Positions 26,681 through 43,592 of a DNA stretch of 64,000 nucleotides are shown here, in pieces (the first letter of the stretch is position 1; every line of letters starts with the position of its first letter). Source of the DNA: the human T2T-CHM13v2.0 reference genome, Homo sapiens; NCBI RefSeq assembly GCF_009914755.1, contig NC_060939.1; one strand, 5' to 3'. The notes beneath the pieces were generated by a model, which had not been told where the DNA came from, did not search any database, and saw only the letters and a program-made list of their open reading frames with translations. Position numbers and translations under genes: made by a program.

Positions 26681-27964
26681 TGGACACGTTTCACGAGGTC
26701 AGTGAGGACACCCCTTCCTGCCGCCTTACTCTGTACATAGATTTGCACTCTGGAGTTTTCTGTTAGGTTCGGGAACACGCTGGGGACAGAGCAGGCCAGC
26801 CAGTCTGGTGGAGCTCAGCGTCTGGCTGGCTGGCCAGCCTGTGGGTCTGTTGGGAGCAGATGTGCTCACTGACGTTTGTGCCTCCAGGGCAGATTCCTAA
26901 GCAGCTGGCCTGACCTCTTCCTGCCCAGCCCCCAACCCAGTCTCTGGCCTCTGCCCAACGAGCCTGGCTGGGCTTGCAACGCAGCTGATTCTGAGACAGG
27001 CCCCTGCAGAGGGATGCCTTAAAGCTGTCCCTGGCTGGAGGAGCACTCCACCTTGGGGATAGTGGAGGGGGCCTTCAGCCCTCTGCACCCTGCCTGCCTC
27101 ACACCCCGCCTTCAGGAGCCCTCTCCTACGGCGCTAGGGAGCACTGGAAGCAGAGATGCCAGCCCTGGCTGAGCGTAGCACTGCACCGTCCGACCTCCGA
27201 GGCAGGGGCCGGGGTCACACCTGCCAGGACTCCGCTTCTCCGTGTCCCAGCAGAAGGCATGCAGGACCCTGTCACTACTATACCTGGGCCTCTGATGGGG
27301 AATTCTGGTCTTCTAAAAAGATGTTAGAAATTCCTGGTGGCACATCCAGTTCCGAGTTTGCCCGCACGGGCACTTTTGTTGGAAACAGTGGGCAGGTCAT
27401 GGGGCCTCCTCATCAGAGGGTCTGTGTGAGCGGCTGTGCATGTGGCAGCGCACCATGCTTCACAGAGACCATTCTGTAGCAAGAGACCGGAACATTGTGA
27501 CTTGGACCTTTTCAGGAGTGGCGCGGATGTTACAGGAAATGCTGTCGGAGAGCGCGCATTCTATTTCCTCCGCAGGGAATGCCAGATAGAAAGTTGCGGG
27601 CAACACTTTTCTCAGACCCACCATGTCCCCAACTCAGACTTAGCAAACCTCCAGCCTCTCCGTTTCCCCTGGACTCCTCCTCCCTTTTCCTCCTGCTTCT
27701 CCTTGTCCTGCCTGGAGGCTCCAGGCCACACCCAGCTGGTGGGGCTGCTCCAGTGCCCCATCACCGGCCTTCTCCTGGCAGGAGAGGAGGAGCAGAGAGC
27801 TGGGTCCTGGGCTGGGATTCGAGCCCTGGGCGGGGGTCAGTCAAGCCGTGGTCCAGCAAACTCCTCTGCAGATGGCTGGAGTGTTGACCCAGGCTTGTGG
27901 CCCAGGTATCACCTTCCCTTCCTCCTGAGAGTTGAGGCCTGTAAATACAAGGGCCCAGGACAGA

Positions 27965-28014
27965 GTGTGTGCGTGCGTGTGGGTGTGTGCGCGCGTGAGC
28001 ACACACGCGTGTGT
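27965..28014. repeat. Alternating purine-pyrimidine (GT/GC/AC) tract in the 3' UTR
   Basis: gtgtgtgcgtgcgtgtgggtgtgtgcgcgcgtgagcacacacgcgtgtgt. Confidence 0.85.
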
Positions 28015-28945
28015 TGGGGGGGGTGGGGGGATTGGGGTGGACTCAGGGTATCTTGCCAGAGATACCTGTTTTGATGAGTACCTATTTTGATGCAAAGGAA
28101 CGGCCCTGGGACCTCAGAGGGCCACAGATGGGCTTCCTGGGCCTAGCGTGCCTTGGTTGTGGCCATCCTGCTTCTACTCAGCCCTGCCATGCTATGGGGT
28201 GCAGCACAAACCCAGGACCCAGGCCTAGCCACTGCCCACAGCTGATGGTCACTGTTTTGGCTGGCTCCAGAGTGGACAGGTACGCTCTGTCCACAGCAGC
28301 TGCTCAGGCACAGTATGCCGTCAGGTGCCCGCTTCTTACCACTGTGTGTCAGCTGGGATTGGCCGACAGCGTGGTGGTGACTTCTAGGTAGACCGATGGA
28401 CCCTAAATTGGGCAGTGGCATTGTTTCTGCTGTGGTGGGAACTGGCAGGGAGAGGGTCACCTCCACTCTGGTTGGATGCGGAGCTGGTCCCTCTGGCTGC
28501 CATGCTGTGTTGGGGCTCTCTGACCTCCCTGCTTGCATTGGGTCTGGGAGAGAGAGTGGAATATTTGGTAGGGACCTTGACAGAAGAGAGCCCTGGGTGC
28601 TTGTGGTGCAAAGATCTTCATGCCCAGTTCCAAAGTGAGGTCCCTCCCAAAGTTGTTTTCGTGTGAGGCAGAGAAAGCCACACTCTGAATACATTTTATG
28701 TCTCAGGAATTCACATTCCAGGTTCAGGAATTTTATTCCAAAGTCCTTTGGTGCACTCACCGTCCACCGTTCCCCAAGGCAGGGAGAGGGAGTGGCCCGT
28801 CCCTGGGAGGCTGGCAAAGTGCTCTCCAGGGAGGGGTCAGACGTCCTTGTGATCTGCCCAGGGTGTCACGGAAGGAGATTTTCTAGCTCCACATCTGTCT
28901 GCACATAGGAAGGAAAAGATAGGACTCTAAACCTAGTCATCTTGG

Positions 28946-28951
28946 AATAAA
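28946..28951 (+). terminator. Candidate proximal polyadenylation signal
   Basis: AATAAA at 28946 followed by GU/U-rich tggtttgtttt at 28961-28971. Confidence 0.35.
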
Positions 28952-31900
28952 AAGAAGAGCTGGTTTGTTTTAGAGCAGGGCGGGGGGTGGGGGAGGGAAG
29001 CGGGTGTTGGCTGTTTCCAAAGAGAGCACTTAATTTAATTTTTCCTTTAAATGACCCAGGGCTGTTCCGTCTGATAGATGGAAGGGTAACATTGCCTTAA
29101 AACAGAAATATGCAGGCGTTGGCTATTTTTGGCATAAGAGCGTGTCTTCATTCCCAAAGTGGTTCTCGTTTAATGGCAGGGTGCGGTCCTTAGGCCCCGG
29201 CCTGGACTGGGAAATGGGGGTAGGGCACCAGGAGAGAAATCCTCCTGGGTACTCCTGGCCAGACCCTCCTGAATCATCTGCGGCTTAAACTCATCTCGCT
29301 TGAAGGGCAGGGAGAAACCCATGAATCTCAGGCACGGTTCACAGGGGTCCTCAAGGGCAGGTTTCCATTTCATCATGAAGTGAGGGACTCCTGTGGAAGA
29401 GGGTGGTGGGCCTTGGAACGCTGCCTCCACTGAGGCGGGCACACAAGGCGGACCCTCCTGAAACAGCCTCCATTTTCTTCAAACATGCAGAATGTTTTCC
29501 CAGACTGCGTCTATTTCAGGGTCTTCCATTTTTGTGGTTTATGGCCATGCTTGCCAGTTTTGGTGGGGTTGAGGAACCCATAGGACTCATAGAAATAATA
29601 GTGAAAACTCAAACCCTTATTTTGGGACTTCAGTTCTCGTGGTCCATAGGGGCAGAGATGTCAAAGTGAAGGTTGCCTGAGTGAAGGGAGAGTTCCCCTA
29701 TAAAAGGCCTAAAATTGATCTGGGGCTCAGCCATCAAGGGGCTGGTGTTGCTCCTGTCCCAGACAAGGAAGCCCCTCTTTACATCAGCCATATTAGGGGA
29801 ACGGTTGTCAGCTCCCCAAATGCCTACTGGATCCTACAGCCATACAGGAAAACAGACGGACACAGCCCTTTCCTTAAAGAGCCCTGGGGTCCTGTCCTGC
29901 AGGATGCTGCATAGGAATGGGCAGAGATGTCCTGGATGGGAACATGGTCCTGGAGGTGCCCTACCTGCATCCTGCTGCACCCCCACCCACGACACTCGAG
30001 TGCAAGATCGCCTCACTCCTAACCCTGACTTTATTCCCAGGCCCCACACCGAGGCAGGTGCAGGATTCGCCATGGTGCAGCCTCCGGGTACAAACATCTG
30101 AGGCACTGGCGATCCCAGTCCTTGCAGCACCCTGAACACAGCTCAGACCAGTGAGGGGTGATTCAGAGGTGGGGATGGGCAGAGAGGGCTGGCCACTCTG
30201 CCTCAGGACTTGACCTCAAGTGTTCTGTCTCCCCACCCGGTGTGTCCAGAAGACCAGCCTCTTTCTTGCCAGAAGCAGGTGCTAAGATGGACTGCACAGG
30301 GTCCCGGCACTCCCTCGGGACCCATTCAGGATCTCAGCTGGGCAGGGGTGCCACCCAACAGGAAGATGTGATCTGAGCAATAGTGTGGCCTTGTTTCTCC
30401 GCTTCTGGTTGTGGCTGTGTGTACAGGGCTACCTATTTTGACTTCTGACAGGTGTCACTGATTTTCTTTCCCCCATTTAAAAAAGGTCATTTAGTCAAAG
30501 ACACAGTGCTAGAGGTTTAAAGGGTGTAATGTGTTGGTCACATCACAACCAGTAAGAAACGCTTGGTAGGTTATCCACATCTTTTGCTGACTGTTTCCAT
30601 ATACAATTCTGGTCACCATATTTTCCAAAGCTAAAATCTGAGGCGTGGGCTGATGGTTTTTGAAATCAGGATTACCCCAGGAAGAACCAGGTCCTATTAC
30701 TAATTTTCCTGATTCTGAGGCTCTGAAGGCTTGTCTGAGACACATTCCGGAGACCTTTGTACCAGAACTTGGATGCATAGTCCACCTTACTACTGATACA
30801 CGCCTGAGCACCCTTTAGGGCGAGGCGCCGCCTCCTGCCTGCTGTCCTGTCCCTCAGCATCAGAAGAGTTGAATTCAGCAGGAGACGGGAGCCCGGTGTC
30901 CATGAGGGAAGAGGGGTCGCGCTTGGTTTCTACTGACCCCCATGAAGATTTCAGACTTGCAGTGCGGCCACCTGGCCCTGCCCTGCCTCTCTCTTTCTCA
31001 TACAGCTTTAAAACTTTACTACTTTTATTTAAAAATGAACTGGATGGGAGAGAAGTAGCGTCCCCTACCCTACAAGTCACACATTCCGGGGAGGGGGGTG
31101 GGGGGTGGAGGCAGGAAGTCATGGGGGTGGGGGTGGGAGCACGGGAACAGCTTTCTTAAGGCCTCAGGGTCCTGTTTTCCCTGGCCTCTTCTAGAGGGCC
31201 CGTGGACAGGTCGCAGTGCGTGCTTATTTGGAAACCAGGTGTGTGAGCCGAATGCCTGCCAGGCCATGCACTCAGCAGAGGAGCCCTTGTACCTGGCTGC
31301 CCTGAGAGGAGCAAGAGGCCACCTCCCATGTGGCTCTAGACACCACGTGGGCTCATTAGCCCCAGCGTCTGTGCCGGCTCCAGGTGCCTGCCTCTGGGTG
31401 TGTGAGTGGGAGACTTTGCTCCCTGGCCTCATCCTAGAGAGGCCCCTGGTGCCTAGTGCTGAGGCCTCTGGGGCTGGAAAGCCTCAGCAGAAAGGAGGCA
31501 CTACTGAGCAACTATGCATTGTCATTGTCGGGTTTGGGGCTTTCGGTGGTTCCTTGGTGACTGGGAATTGCTTGTGTGCATGTGTTGGGTGCATGCTTCC
31601 GGGTCTCAGCTGCCCCAGGCCCGCACAGGCAACCCCTTCCCATCCAAAGCCATTGGTGGAGCTTCTCTGGAATCATTTGCCAAAAGCCCAAGGCAGAATC
31701 CAAGGGTCCAAGACCATTTCCATGGAGCTCATGTTTTTCTTTTCTGTAGGAACTTTTTTTTAACCAGCACCCACCATAATTCCGAAGGCCACGTTTCATC
31801 TTTCCTGGATCACTACAGTGAAGTATTACAGTTGTACAGTTCCCAGTCTGGCCTTGGCTTGCTCGGATAAAACTTTGTATGTATTTTGTATGGCATAGAT

Positions 31901-32000
31901 TCTATATTGTAATGATGTCCTATGCAAAAAGAAAAATTAACGAAATTGTAAATTTTATTGTTTTAACGTGTATGCATGTTTAGTGACGTTTACATTTTGA

Positions 32001-32006
32001 AATAAA
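32001..32006 (+). terminator. Distal polyadenylation signal AATAAA
   Basis: AATAAA preceded by several TGTA (CFIm-type) motifs in a U-rich block at 31830-31975 and followed by T-rich sequence (attttatttg, tttctttg). Confidence 0.85.
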
Positions 32007-32831
32007 ATTTATGATTCATTATTTTATTTGCTGGAGCTAGTTTCTTTGAAGAGCATGTCTTGCAGAGGCTCCGGGAGGGGAGGGGAACTGAAATGCACAA
32101 ACTCAAGCAGTTGCAATTGACTGAGGGACTGAAGCTTGCCTGGAACTTGGCGGGTCCTATTTTGGAAGGAAGGCTTTGCAGAAGAGCTCTTGCACACAGT
32201 GGGTGCTCTTCTGGCTTCCCCTCCTGCCCATGGGAAGCTATTTCAGCTCTTCACATTCCCACCCCTCCGTCCATCCGAAAGAGCACGGAGGAGAACGGGA
32301 TGTGGTGATGGCAGATTCCCTCAAAGGGCACAGCACCTTTCCCTCAAAGTCCCCCCAAAACACCTGGACTTCCTTTTCCTGGGCAGCAGCCACCGCTTCT
32401 TTCAACCCCAGATGCGCTGCTTGCCTCACCCCTCAGCCTAGAGTCTAGAAAACTCCCCTGTTTCTAGCTACCAAAGTTCCTACAACCTACCACGGGCACT
32501 GACCCCAAAGTGTGCTCCAGCGAGGACGAGTCCCAGGACACTGGGAGTCTGGGGAGTAGGAAGGCAGGTGTTGATAGCAGAGCCCGTTTAAGTCCCCAAT
32601 GAACACTAACTGCCCCTGGCTGTCCCCAGGGCAGATGATGTCCTCATCGGAGGCAGTGGGAAGCTGGCAGCTAGTGGAGGAGGTGGCTGCTGGGGTGGAG
32701 GTCTGGCCCGAACCCTGTTCTAGCCACAGCATGTAGAAGGGAGGTGCTGGTGCAGCCACATCTCAGCCTCACCCAGGGGTAGACCAGCGCTGCATCTGGG
32801 CTGTACACTGTTCATACATGACTACCTGTTC

Positions 32832-33146
32832 TTTTTCTTTTTTTTGAGACACAGTCTCGCTGTGTAGCCCCACTCGTTGCTGTCGCCGAGGCTGGAGTGC
32901 AATGGTGGCAATCTCAGCTCACTGCAACCTCTGCCTCTCAGGTTCGAACGATTCTTCTGCCTCAGCTTCCTGAGTAGCTGGGATTACAGATGTCTGCCAC
33001 CACGCCCAGGTAATTTTTGTATTTTTAGTAGAGACGAGGTTTCACCATATTGGCCAGGCTGGTCTCAAACCCTTGACCTCAGGTGATCCACTGGCTCAGC
33101 CTCCCAAAGTGCTGGGGATTACAGGATTGAGCCACCATACCAGGCC
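32832..33146 (-). mobile_element. Alu (AluS-like)
   Basis: Full antisense dimer; TSD-like TGA(C/T)TACCTGTTC on both flanks. Confidence 0.96.
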
Positions 33147-34129
33147 TGTGATTACCTGTTCATAGGGTAAATGAAAACCACCACAAAATGTGAAGTGTTA
33201 CTAACAAATACAGGCATCGCAGTTGATTAGACATGGTTTTTCCTGAAGCTACCCTGACACCAGCTGGCATTGCCTGATGAACGTTTGTTTTCTGTATCAT
33301 AGACTGGGGGGAGGGAGGCGTGAAATGAATGCACCCAGGCACATACTGAACAGTCATAAAAACAAGCACACATTTTTCAAACAAAGTCTTTTTGGTACTG
33401 AGACGTTTGGAGCCCATTCTTGGTTGGAGTATTTTCCCAGGACAGCCACTGCTCCGCCTTCTCAGAGCCATTTATTGCTCAGTAACTTCCCCAGATAGCA
33501 GCAACTGCAGGGTGGATCCGCTTCCATAAATAGTTGTCAGAGGATCCCAGATGCTTAAAAAATATTGACAGGAAAAAAAAAAAGCCTGTCAGTTATGTCA
33601 CTGCTGAGATTTGAAACCCCTCCTGGTATTTCTTTCCAGAAGACTGGGGGACCCACCATTCATGGAGCCCCCATCCCAGGAATGAGGGGTCTCCTAAGGC
33701 CTTCAGAGGCCCCCGGTAATGGAGAAAAAAAGCAAGCAATAGATTTTCCCGGCTTTTGAAGAACAAATGTATGAGTGTCTCTGGCATGCGTGTAGCACAT
33801 TTTCTTCTCACGCTTTCTTTTTGGACCAGGTCACAAAGCAGTTTCGGGTGGCGGAGAGGGTCTGTGGCTGACAGGTCCTCTGTGCTGAGCAGAGATGACA
33901 GTGTCCTGGAGGCAGGCCTGAGAGGCCAGCCTCAGGACACTCCTGGACCTGACCCTTTTTCCATATTTCTCAGGACTTGGATTAGAAGTCAGGTTTGTGG
34001 CAGTTAGGCGAAGTGCTGTGTCTGGCTGCATAGTGACCCAGGTGAGGGGAAGCATCTGGTGGAGGGCGGAGGTGCACTCCCTAAGAGGGCCAAGCCTGGC
34101 AAAGGCTCACAGTGACATCTGCCCCTCTA

Positions 34130-34436
<307 letters not shown>

Positions 34437-34998
34437 TAAAGAAGGACTTCCCATTCCTTGGTGCTGGCCTGTAGGCAGTGAGCACCCTGTCGCTGGAGGC
34501 ATTTAAGCAGGGGCTGAAACACTGCTTGCCAGGAATTCCATGAAGGGACTGGTGTTCTGGAAGGGGGCCCAGTTAGCGTTCAGAGGAAGGGCCACAGTGT
34601 TTTCCAAGTGGACTCACTGGGGTGTAATCATCAAGACCCTCTGACACTTTCTCCTAGCCTTGTTGGTCATGTTGGGGTGTGGACTGGCCTTTTCTGGGTT
34701 GGGTTTGGCTGCAGAAGGTCTTGAATAACAGACTAGGCGATGTGTAGCTTATTCTGGGGACATGGGTGGCTCAATTACCCCCAATCAAACCTCATCTAGG
34801 CCATGCTAAAATTCCTGCCATTGGCACCACTCCTAAAAAGTCTCCTACGTGGAAAGCAGTAAAGACATGCGGCTACTCCTGGCAGGGCTGCTATCTCTGC
34901 ACCAACTTTCCTCCACCGTTACGCATCAGAGACCAGCATTCCAATGGTACATAGGACAGGCAGGTTTGTACAGAAGACAGTGTTGGAAACACAAGGCC

Positions 34999-35620
<622 letters not shown>

Positions 35621-36469
35621 GCGGCTGAGATGTGGCTGCACATCAGGCTGCCCCCAACCCTGAACTAGTCCAGGATGAGCCCCCCATCCACCCCAGCCTT
35701 CATGTCCTTCCTGCACTCCCCTGAGCTGCAGGGAGCAAAGTGGCAGCTTAGGCTGCAGGGCTTGATGAACTCCTGCCTAGTGGAAGGAGCCTGCATCCCA
35801 CTCTCCATGACCCAAGCAAATTCACAAAACATAGTTGAATTAAACTGGACTGAGCATCTCTTCCACCTGTGTTTTGTCATCCTTCATAGTATTCCCTATC
35901 AACTATTCAGCTTTAAAAAGTAGGAGTAATAGTAAAAATAATTGTCACTTCACTACAGTTCTTAAAAGCCGATCAGTTCTTGAAGACCTGCACCCCAGTT
36001 CACCTGCTGCTGCCTGCACAGCCGTTGCTCAGGGCGGAGAAAGGTCTGGTGTCTCCGTGCCAGACGCAGCTGGGCCTTCAGCTCTGAGCAGCCTGCCACG
36101 CAGCTGTGGAAAGAAGTCTTTTCCTGAGCCTTGCCTTCACCTGGGAAGCAAGCTTGGCATGGTCTGTGTGGGGTCATGGTGAAGTTCCCAGTGGTGTGCG
36201 AGATGTCAGATGCTGGGAACTGTACCCATGCCAGATACTCAGGCCCCCAGGCCAGGCCTCCACTCTCACATGCCACTGGGAAATGATCCCTGTGGACAGA
36301 GACTGGGACTGACCTGGGACACAGAGGAAGGCTGTCCCACATTGCACTCCCTGTCCCAGAGGCCTGCCGGGCAGCAGCCACTTGCCCAGATCCTGGGCCA
36401 GAGGGTTGCTTGCTGAGCTGTACCCTCTGAGCACTCTCAGAGGGAGGGAGGTGTGAGTAGTCCCAACTT

Positions 36470-36545
36470 AGGGCTGCAGAGGGTACGAGGCTCAGAGGGT
36501 TGAAGTGGCCTTCTCAAGGTCACACAGCTGGCAAAAGTCACGGAG
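36470..36545 (-). mobile_element. MIR fragment
   Basis: gaggctcagagggttgaagtggccttctcaaggtcacacagctgg matches the MIR core. Confidence 0.6.
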
Positions 36546-37751
36546 GGACCCTGGTCTGATTGGACCACTGGCCACAGCTGCCTTTTAAGCTCTGAGTTCT
36601 AAAGGCTTCTAACCTGTCTAGGGGTACCTTTGTCTATTCTCTGGCATTGTGGGACAGGCCCAGAAGAGTGACAGGCCCCATGACACAGGGCTGGTGACTT
36701 AGCATTTTTCTGGCTGCTGCATTTCTGGGGCCTGAACACTGGCCAGTGTGGGCCTGCACCTGGCAGCTCAGTGTGTCCAATGCAATGTCCTCTAAAAAGA
36801 TGAGCAAGCTGCCCTCAGGGGGGCCCAGTCCCAGGCACTGTGAGGTTCAGACCTCCCTTCAGGGCCCACCAAGCAACCAGGCAAAGCCCTTTCCCCTGCA
36901 TAGCTGTGACTCCCTGTGCCCAGGCTGCCAATGTGTCTAGGTACCGCGTCCACTCACTCAGACCTCTTGGAACTCAGAGACAGACAGTACAAAGTCGTGA
37001 CGGGCGTTGCCCTCATTTACAAGCACATGATAGGCCCAAGGAGCTCAGTCTGGGTGTCCTGACCCCAGCTCCAGGGCTCATTCTTGACCCCTGCCCCATC
37101 ATAATGTCTTCCATTCCCAACCTCACAATTAGGTAATCATTTACTTATGAATGGGCCAGGGGACCAGGGAGAATCAACAGTAAATATCAAGATGGCCTGC
37201 ATAATCAGCAGACTTCCTCTGCACCTCCTAAGAGGGGTCCTCATCTCAACACCAGCAACACAAGGTGTTTTGGGAAAGTGGTTATTGCATGCTTACCCTG
37301 ATGAACACAGCTGCTCCCTGTCTCTTGTCTGTCTCCTGCTCTTTTAACCATAAACACACTCCAGTGGGTTTTCTGAGATCGATTGTTGGCCTGTGGGGGC
37401 GGAACATGCTCAGAGCAGGGAGGATGGCCTCCTTCCCGGGCTCTGCAGTGCTCTCCCACCGTGGCCCAGTGGACTTTGTACATGAACCTTCCACTTTGGG
37501 AAGACCAGCTACTAGTTTGTGGAACCTGGATTACAATGGAAACACAAACTCTAAATCCAAGAGAACAGGTGCCTCTGCAGTGAGGGTCACAGGGCCAGGA
37601 GAGGCACACATAGGAGTGTCAGCGATGATGACAGCCTAGTGCTGAGGACAGGGTCGCACTCACACTTTCATTACATATGTTCTTGTGAATGCAGCGAATG
37701 TCACATAAGAACAACATTAAAAGAAAGTTATCTGTTAAAAATATCAAGATG

Positions 37752-38115
<364 letters not shown>

Positions 38116-38289
38116 TTAATTCAATGAACCACATAACCTCCATTATGACTAATACCCAATCTATTATTAAGTGAAAGAGGTGAGGTAGGTTGCAAAACAG
38201 TACAGAAGTATGATCATGATTTATTAAAACACTTTTCTCTATAGCTATATTGTGTTTACATGTTTAAATGCATAGAAAAAGGGTAGGTA

Positions 38290-38566
<277 letters not shown>

Positions 38567-39019
38567 ACATAAGGACAGGTAAGAGACAGAACCAACTCAA
38601 GCAATTGTTACCTTTAGGTAGAGGACAACAGATGACTTTTATTTACTTATTTTTGTATGCTCTCTAAATTCTCAAAACTACTCAGGTATCACTTTTGTCA
38701 TTAAAACTCACAATAGCACTTTTGTGAGGCTAAGAGCTTGCCAAAGGTAAGCTGGCACAGTGTGTCCCCACTTCATCCCCCAAAAGATGTCCACCAACAT
38801 TCATGAGCGTACTTTTGGACATACCCCAAATGCCCTCAACATGTCCACACAAGGACAGACACGCCCAAAGGCTGTCCACACGTTGGTGCAAAGGGATGAC
38901 ATAGAGCTGAGTGTGTCATCCCAAAGTCACCCAAAAACCATGCTGCACCACAAAAGCAAGCTGCTAAAGGAGCACCAAACACACCAAGCAATGCCATGTG
39001 CTACTCATGCATCCATACC

Positions 39020-39395
39020 TGCTATGGACTGAATGTTTGTGTCCCTGCCAAACTCACGTGTTGAACTCTAACCCTCAATAGGATGGCATTAAGGAGGTAA
39101 GGCCTTGGGGAGGTGATTAGACCATGAGGGTGGATCTCATGATTTCATAATCCTCATGAATGGGATTGATCCCTTCACAAGAAGAGATGTGAGAGGGATG
39201 ATCTCTCTCTCATCCACATGAGGATATAAGAAGGTGGTGGCCATCTGCAAACAAGGAGGAGAGCCCCCACCAGACGCTGGATCTGTCCGCACCTTGATAT
39301 TGGACTTCCCTGCCTCTAGAACTGTGAAAAGTAAATGTTTGTTGTTTAAGTCATCCAGTCTATAGTAATTAGTTTTAGCAGCCTGAACTGATGAG
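39020..39395 (+). mobile_element. MaLR solo LTR (MLT1A0-like)
   Basis: Starts TGCTATGGACTGAATGTTTGTGTCC; ends ...gaactgtgaaaagtaaatgtttgttgtttaagtcatccagtctatagt...gcagcctgaactg. Confidence 0.88.
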
Positions 39396-39508
39396 TATCT
39401 ATAGACCAAGAGCATGAAACCTACATGATGAAGGTTAATCCCAAAGTCAGGACAAGGTGACTGAGAGGGGCCCAAGGGGGTTGCAACATTAGATTTATTT
39501 AGGATTTA

Positions 39509-41745
<2,237 letters not shown>

Positions 41746-42462
41746 TACGAGAACTGGGTGGTGGGAAAAGTGGGGCTTGTTTTTCCTTTCTTTGTATTCA
41801 CTGTAGGTGTGAAATGTTTGACAATTTGACAGTCTGTGACATGGTTCACAGATGTGGTTCCTGCATGTTATCAGGGCTTGGCCAGGTTCAGGCAGGCCTG
41901 CAGGCTGTCCCTACAACGGGCAGATTGAAGTGTGCACAGATGTCCGTGACAGGGCTGTGACCAGCCTGTGATCAGGCTGTGACCAGGTTGCTGCCTGGAC
42001 CAGGCAGAGCTTTGTCCCATAATAGGGGTGCTGCCAGGGAGTCTGGCACCTGGAGCACAGCCACTGGCTTGGACATGAGCCATCAAACAGCATGGAATAA
42101 AAATAGAACTGCTTCAGCCGGAGAGGAGACAGGCTGAGCTCCTTGCTGGGAGGCCTTTAAAACAAGAACAGGTTTCATTGATCTGAGACTAGGTAAGGAT
42201 GCTGCCACGAGTCAGGAAGGAGTCGAAGTCATCTGTCCTGGTACCTGGAAGTGCCTGAACATGATGGGCCTGGGTGGTTATTATTCTTCTCATCAGCTGG
42301 CACTGTAACTTTAGGTAAGCATTAGAAACTGTTTGTTTGTTTGATTGTTTGTTTGTTTTCCCTTCATGTCTAGGGTATAGAATGCATGCTCTGTGTACAG
42401 TTGGTGACAGTTGTAAAACTGAGAAAGTGCCAGTGAAAATGATTTTAAAAATGAAACAGAAA

Positions 42463-42765
42463 GGCTGGGTGTGGTGGCTCACGCCTGTAATCCCAGCACT
42501 TTGGGAGGCTGAGGAGGGCAGATCACCTGAGGTCAGGAGTTCAAGACCAGCCTGACCAACATGGAGAAACCCTGTCTCTCCATGTAAAAATACAAAATTA
42601 GCCGGGTGCGGTGGTGCGTGCCTATAATCCCTCTCAGCTACTCAGGAGGCTGAGGCAGGAGAATCGCTTGAACCCAGGAGGTGGAGGTTGCGGTGAGCCA
42701 AGATTTCAGCCTGAGTGACAAGAGCGAAACTCTGTCTCAAAAAAAAAAAAAAAAAGAAAAAGAAA
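42463..42765 (+). mobile_element. Alu (AluS-like)
   Basis: Dimer with a small right-arm deletion and an A tail. Confidence 0.95.
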
Positions 42766-43145
42766 ACCAGTAAAATATGTTTATTTTATGGAGTATTGAG
42801 TCATGATGTTCAAGGACTTTGGAAGTAATTTGATTGTTGGTTTTATTTTTAAAATTCAGGAATTCTAATCATACATACGAACAAGGTTAAAAAATACCAA
42901 AAAAAAAAAAAAAAAAAACTAATGATAAGAATGTCTCTTTACCCATTCCCCCCACACACACCAGTTCTACCACCTTGGGATTAAACTTTTTTTTTTTTTT
43001 TAGGGGACTAAACTTTTTATCGCTTCTGTTTTTAATTTGTTTTTGTCGTTATTCCCTTCAGTGTTAATAAAATACTTGTCCTCCTACTTTGTGATTTATG
43101 AGTATTTGACAAAATACACTGGCTTCCTAATATGAAAGATGAATA

Positions 43146-43592
43146 CCGTTGACCATTGAACAACATGGGTTTGAACTGCGTGGGTCCACTTCCATGTAAA
43201 TTTTCTCTTGCCTCTGCCACCCCTGAGACAGCAAGACCAGCTTCTCCTCTTTCTTCTCCTCCTCAGCCTACTCAACATGAAGACAATGAGAATGAACGAA
43301 CACCTTTATAATGATCCACTTCTACTTAATGAATACTAAATATATTCTTTCTTATAATTATTTTCTTAATAACATTTTCTTTTCTCTAGCTTACCATATT
43401 GTAAGAATGCAGAATATATCTCACATACAAAAGATGTGTTAATTATCTGTTCATGTGATCAGCAAGGCTTCTTCTCGTCAACAGGCTATCAGTAGTTAAA
43501 TTTTTGAGGAGTCAAAAGTTTTATGTGGATTCTTGACTCAATGGGGGAGGGGATCAACGGTCCCAACCCCTATGTTGTTCAAGCATCAACTG
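43146..43592. mobile_element. Tigger2-derived non-autonomous element (Tigger2a/MER28-like)
   Basis: Terminal inverted repeats CCGTTGACCATTGAACAACA / TGTTGTTCAAGCATCAACTG, flanked by TA on both sides. Confidence 0.88.

Larger units (their letters stand above)
26427..32025 (+). other. KLF13: KLF13 3' UTR (~5.6 kb); 3' end approximate
   Basis: Follows the stop codon; no Alu or L1 recognisable; A/U-rich proximal and distal blocks; ends after AATAAA at 32001. Confidence 0.85.

Noticed and set aside
25914-26687. 257-aa antisense ORF across the KLF13 exon
   Set aside because: Expected shadow of GC3-rich zinc-finger codons, which leave few antisense stops; no recognisable domain.
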